Shown here: positions 62,111 through 64,000 of the stretch, in pieces
How positions within the stretch are numbered: the stretch's first letter is position 1
Layout: each line of letters opens with the position of its first letter
Origin: Candidatus Latescibacterota bacterium
GTDB lineage: Bacteria; Latescibacterota; UBA2968
DNA length: 64,000 nucleotides
Direction of reading: 5' to 3'
Assembly (NCBI GenBank): GCA_965204375.1
Contig: OZ241986.1
Coordinates: 2,176,001 to 2,240,000 of the forward strand
Notes under the pieces: generated by a model
Seen by the model: only the letters and a program-made list of their open reading frames with translations
What the model was told of the DNA's origin: nothing
Database searches by the model: none
Translations under genes and position numbers: made by a program

Positions 62111-62362
62111 ATGGCAGTTAAAAAGCTAACTCTGAGTGCTCCGGAGGAAGTGATTGCAGAGACCAAACTGATTGCAGCAAAAAATAAGACCAGTGTTTCG
62201 GCACTTTTTGTGCGACTTTTTCGAACGATTGACCAGGAATTTGATCCCAAAGACACCATAGGCCCAATTACGCTCCGTGCATCAGGAATCGTGAAGTTAC
62301 CAACTAATCAAACGGAGCGTGAGTTGCTCGAAGACGCACTTGCTGAGAAATATGGGATGTAG
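62111..62362 (+). CDS. RHH antitoxin (DUF6364-like)
   Basis: KLTLS..EVI...K..A....TSVSAL and C-terminal LAEKYG. Confidence 0.75.
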   Translation: MAVKKLTLSAPEEVIAETKLIAAKNKTSVSALFVRLFRTIDQEFDPKDTIGPITLRASGIVKLPTNQTERELLEDALAEKYGM

Positions 62363-62367
62363 TTTTT

Positions 62368-62799
62368 ATGAAAATTACACTGGATACCAGCGTTCTCTTT
62401 CAGGCACTATATAGCAAACGGGGTGCTTCATATCATATTTTGCGTTGGATTAGTCTGGGCAAGATAACGCCAACACTCACTGTACCAGTATTTTTTGAAT
62501 ATCAAGATGTTCTATCCCGCACTGAATCTCTGAATGCTTTGGGACTAACGCAAGATGATGTTAATGATGTACTGGACATGCTGGTATTAGTTGGAGAATC
62601 CTTCCGTGTATTTTACCTTCTTCGCCCAAATCTACCTGACGAGGGTGACAATTTATTTGTCGAATGCGCGTTTGTAAGCCAAGCAGACTATCTCATTACC
62701 AGCAATACACGCGATTTTTTAAGAGGCGACCTGATATTGCCTTTTGCGGTTTGTACACCTCAGGCATTTTATAGGGATTGGAGACAAAATTATGAATGA
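62368..62799 (+). CDS. PIN-domain (VapC-like) toxin
   Basis: ITLDTSV, EYQDVL, PDEGDNLFVECA and LITSNTRDF. Confidence 0.88.
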   Translation: MKITLDTSVLFQALYSKRGASYHILRWISLGKITPTLTVPVFFEYQDVLSRTESLNALGLTQDDVNDVLDMLVLVGESFRVFYLLRPNLPDEGDNLFVECAFVSQADYLITSNTRDFLRGDLILPFAVCTPQAFYRDWRQNYE

Positions 62800-63052
62800 A
62801 CACCGCACAACGATTCTCGTACGACTGCCCAGAGATTTAAAGTACCGTTTGCAAGAGGAAGCAAAGGAACAAGGTGTCTCTTTGAACCAAATGATTAACT
62901 ATTCTCTCTCTCGAGAAATTGCACAGCTTGAGGCACAACGGTACTTTGATCAACGGCTTGAAGGAAAATCAAAAGAAAAAATTAAGCAGAAGTTCTGGAC
63001 AGTTATGGATAAGGTTGGTGATCGTCCAGTGCCCGAATGGGATAAGCCATAG
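62792..63052 (+). CDS. HicB-like RHH antitoxin
   Basis: ILVRLPRDLKYRL...AKEQGVSLNQ. Start at ATG 62792 overlaps the PIN stop. Confidence 0.75.
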   Translation: MNEHRTTILVRLPRDLKYRLQEEAKEQGVSLNQMINYSLSREIAQLEAQRYFDQRLEGKSKEKIKQKFWTVMDKVGDRPVPEWDKP

Positions 63053-63084
63053 ATAATCTATAAACGATACACAGGAGCCATAGT

Positions 63085-64000
63085 ATGCAAGCCACAGCAC
63101 TCATCACCCATGAGGGTCCCACCTTTGCCTGCGAAGACATCATCCTTCCCGATCTACGCCCCGACCAAATCGCGGTACAAACCCGGTATTCCGGCGTCAG
63201 CATCGGCACTGAATTTGCAGCCATCACCCGAAAGCTCGACTACGGTCCCTATCCCCTGTGTACGGGCTATCAGGCCGTCGGCACTGTCGAACACGTCGGC
63301 AAAGACGCGACCGACTTTGCCGTTGGTGACCGCGTCTATTACCGCTGGAACCGCGTTTTCTCCCTCGCTACATCGGGTCAGAAAGTCTCTGCCAGTCAGG
63401 GCGCGCACACCTCTGCCGCAATCCTGGACACACAGGGGCCGCGAGCCTTTGTCGCTCATCTGCCCGAAGGCGTCAATGAAGCCGCCGCCAGCTCATTCGT
63501 TATGCCCGCCGTGGGCCTCAATGGCGTAGATATGGCCAATCCCCGAATGGGCGACCGCGTTGTCGTGTACGGCTGTGGCCTCGTCGGCCTGGGCGTCGTC
63601 GCTGCATGCAGCCACCGGGGCTGTGAAGTCATCGCCATAGACCTGGAGGCCAACCGCCTCGACATCGCGCAAAAACTCGGTGCCGACCATCTCATTCAGA
63701 GCGCGGATGCAAACCAGGCGGTCCGCGACATCGCCCCCGACGGTGCCGACGTCGTCTTTGAATGCACGGGCATACCCGCCTGCATTGACCCGGCCATTGC
63801 CCTTTGCCGCACCCATGGAACCTTCATCCTTCAGGGCAACTACGGCCGCCACCCCATCTCTTACAATTTCTTACCGCCCCACGGGAAACGCCTCACCATG
63901 TACTATCCCTGCAACGATGGCGAAGCCCCCTGTCGTCGCGCCGTTATCAAAAACATGGGCACTGGCGTTCTCCCCTGGCATCACACCATCACCCATGAAG
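63085..64000 (+). CDS. Medium-chain (zinc-binding family) alcohol dehydrogenase-like protein; runs off the window
   Basis: Manual translation from ATG 63085 after AGGAG: YSGVSIGTE, GYQAVGTV, VGDRV, VYGCGLVG and GADVVFECTG. Confidence 0.85.
   Translation, partial: MQATALITHEGPTFACEDIILPDLRPDQIAVQTRYSGVSIGTEFAAITRKLDYGPYPLCTGYQAVGTVEHVGKDATDFAVGDRVYYRWNRVFSLATSGQKVSASQGAHTSAAILDTQGPRAFVAHLPEGVNEAAASSFVMPAVGLNGVDMANPRMGDRVVVYGCGLVGLGVVAACSHRGCEVIAIDLEANRLDIAQKLGADHLIQSADANQAVRDIAPDGADVVFECTGIPACIDPAIALCRTHGTFILQGNYGRHPISYNFLPPHGKRLTMYYPCNDGEAPCRRAVIKNMGTGVLPWHHTITHE

Overview
This 64 kb bacterial window is mostly minus-strand and gene-dense. No rRNA, tRNA or CRISPR array was seen. The gene content (three sulfatase-fold genes plus one remnant, five PhyH-family dioxygenases, a TonB-dependent receptor, GWxTD/TPR/HEAT/WG-repeat proteins, several TA genes) resembles a Latescibacterota/Gemmatimonadota-like, possibly sponge-associated organism; this is inference only. 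The 1-23 kb region is catabolic. The 23-42 kb region holds envelope proteins, an intact IS256 with a 9-bp target duplication, a sigma54-type promoter on an htpX-like gene, and a tandem-duplicated blaI / M56-TonB / WG-repeat cassette. The 51-64 kb region holds uvrB-(MTase, MjaI-type REase)-nadC, DUF3179 with two beta-barrels, an enolase-superfamily dehydratase and a three-gene TA locus. The standout feature is a 1029-aa ORF (42161-45250, -) that is a single-chain, heavily trimmed fusion of bacterial RNA polymerase beta and beta' motifs. It keeps the catalytic NxDFDGD, the beta Lys pair and the sigma2-binding clamp helices. It appears to lack the flap, both Zn domains and the trigger loop. It lies at the end of a likely transcription unit headed by an ECF sigma factor with no anti-sigma, and a TraR/DksA-type zinc-finger protein is encoded nearby. 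I do not know of a described system matching this; all homology calls are by-eye motif recognition, not database searches.
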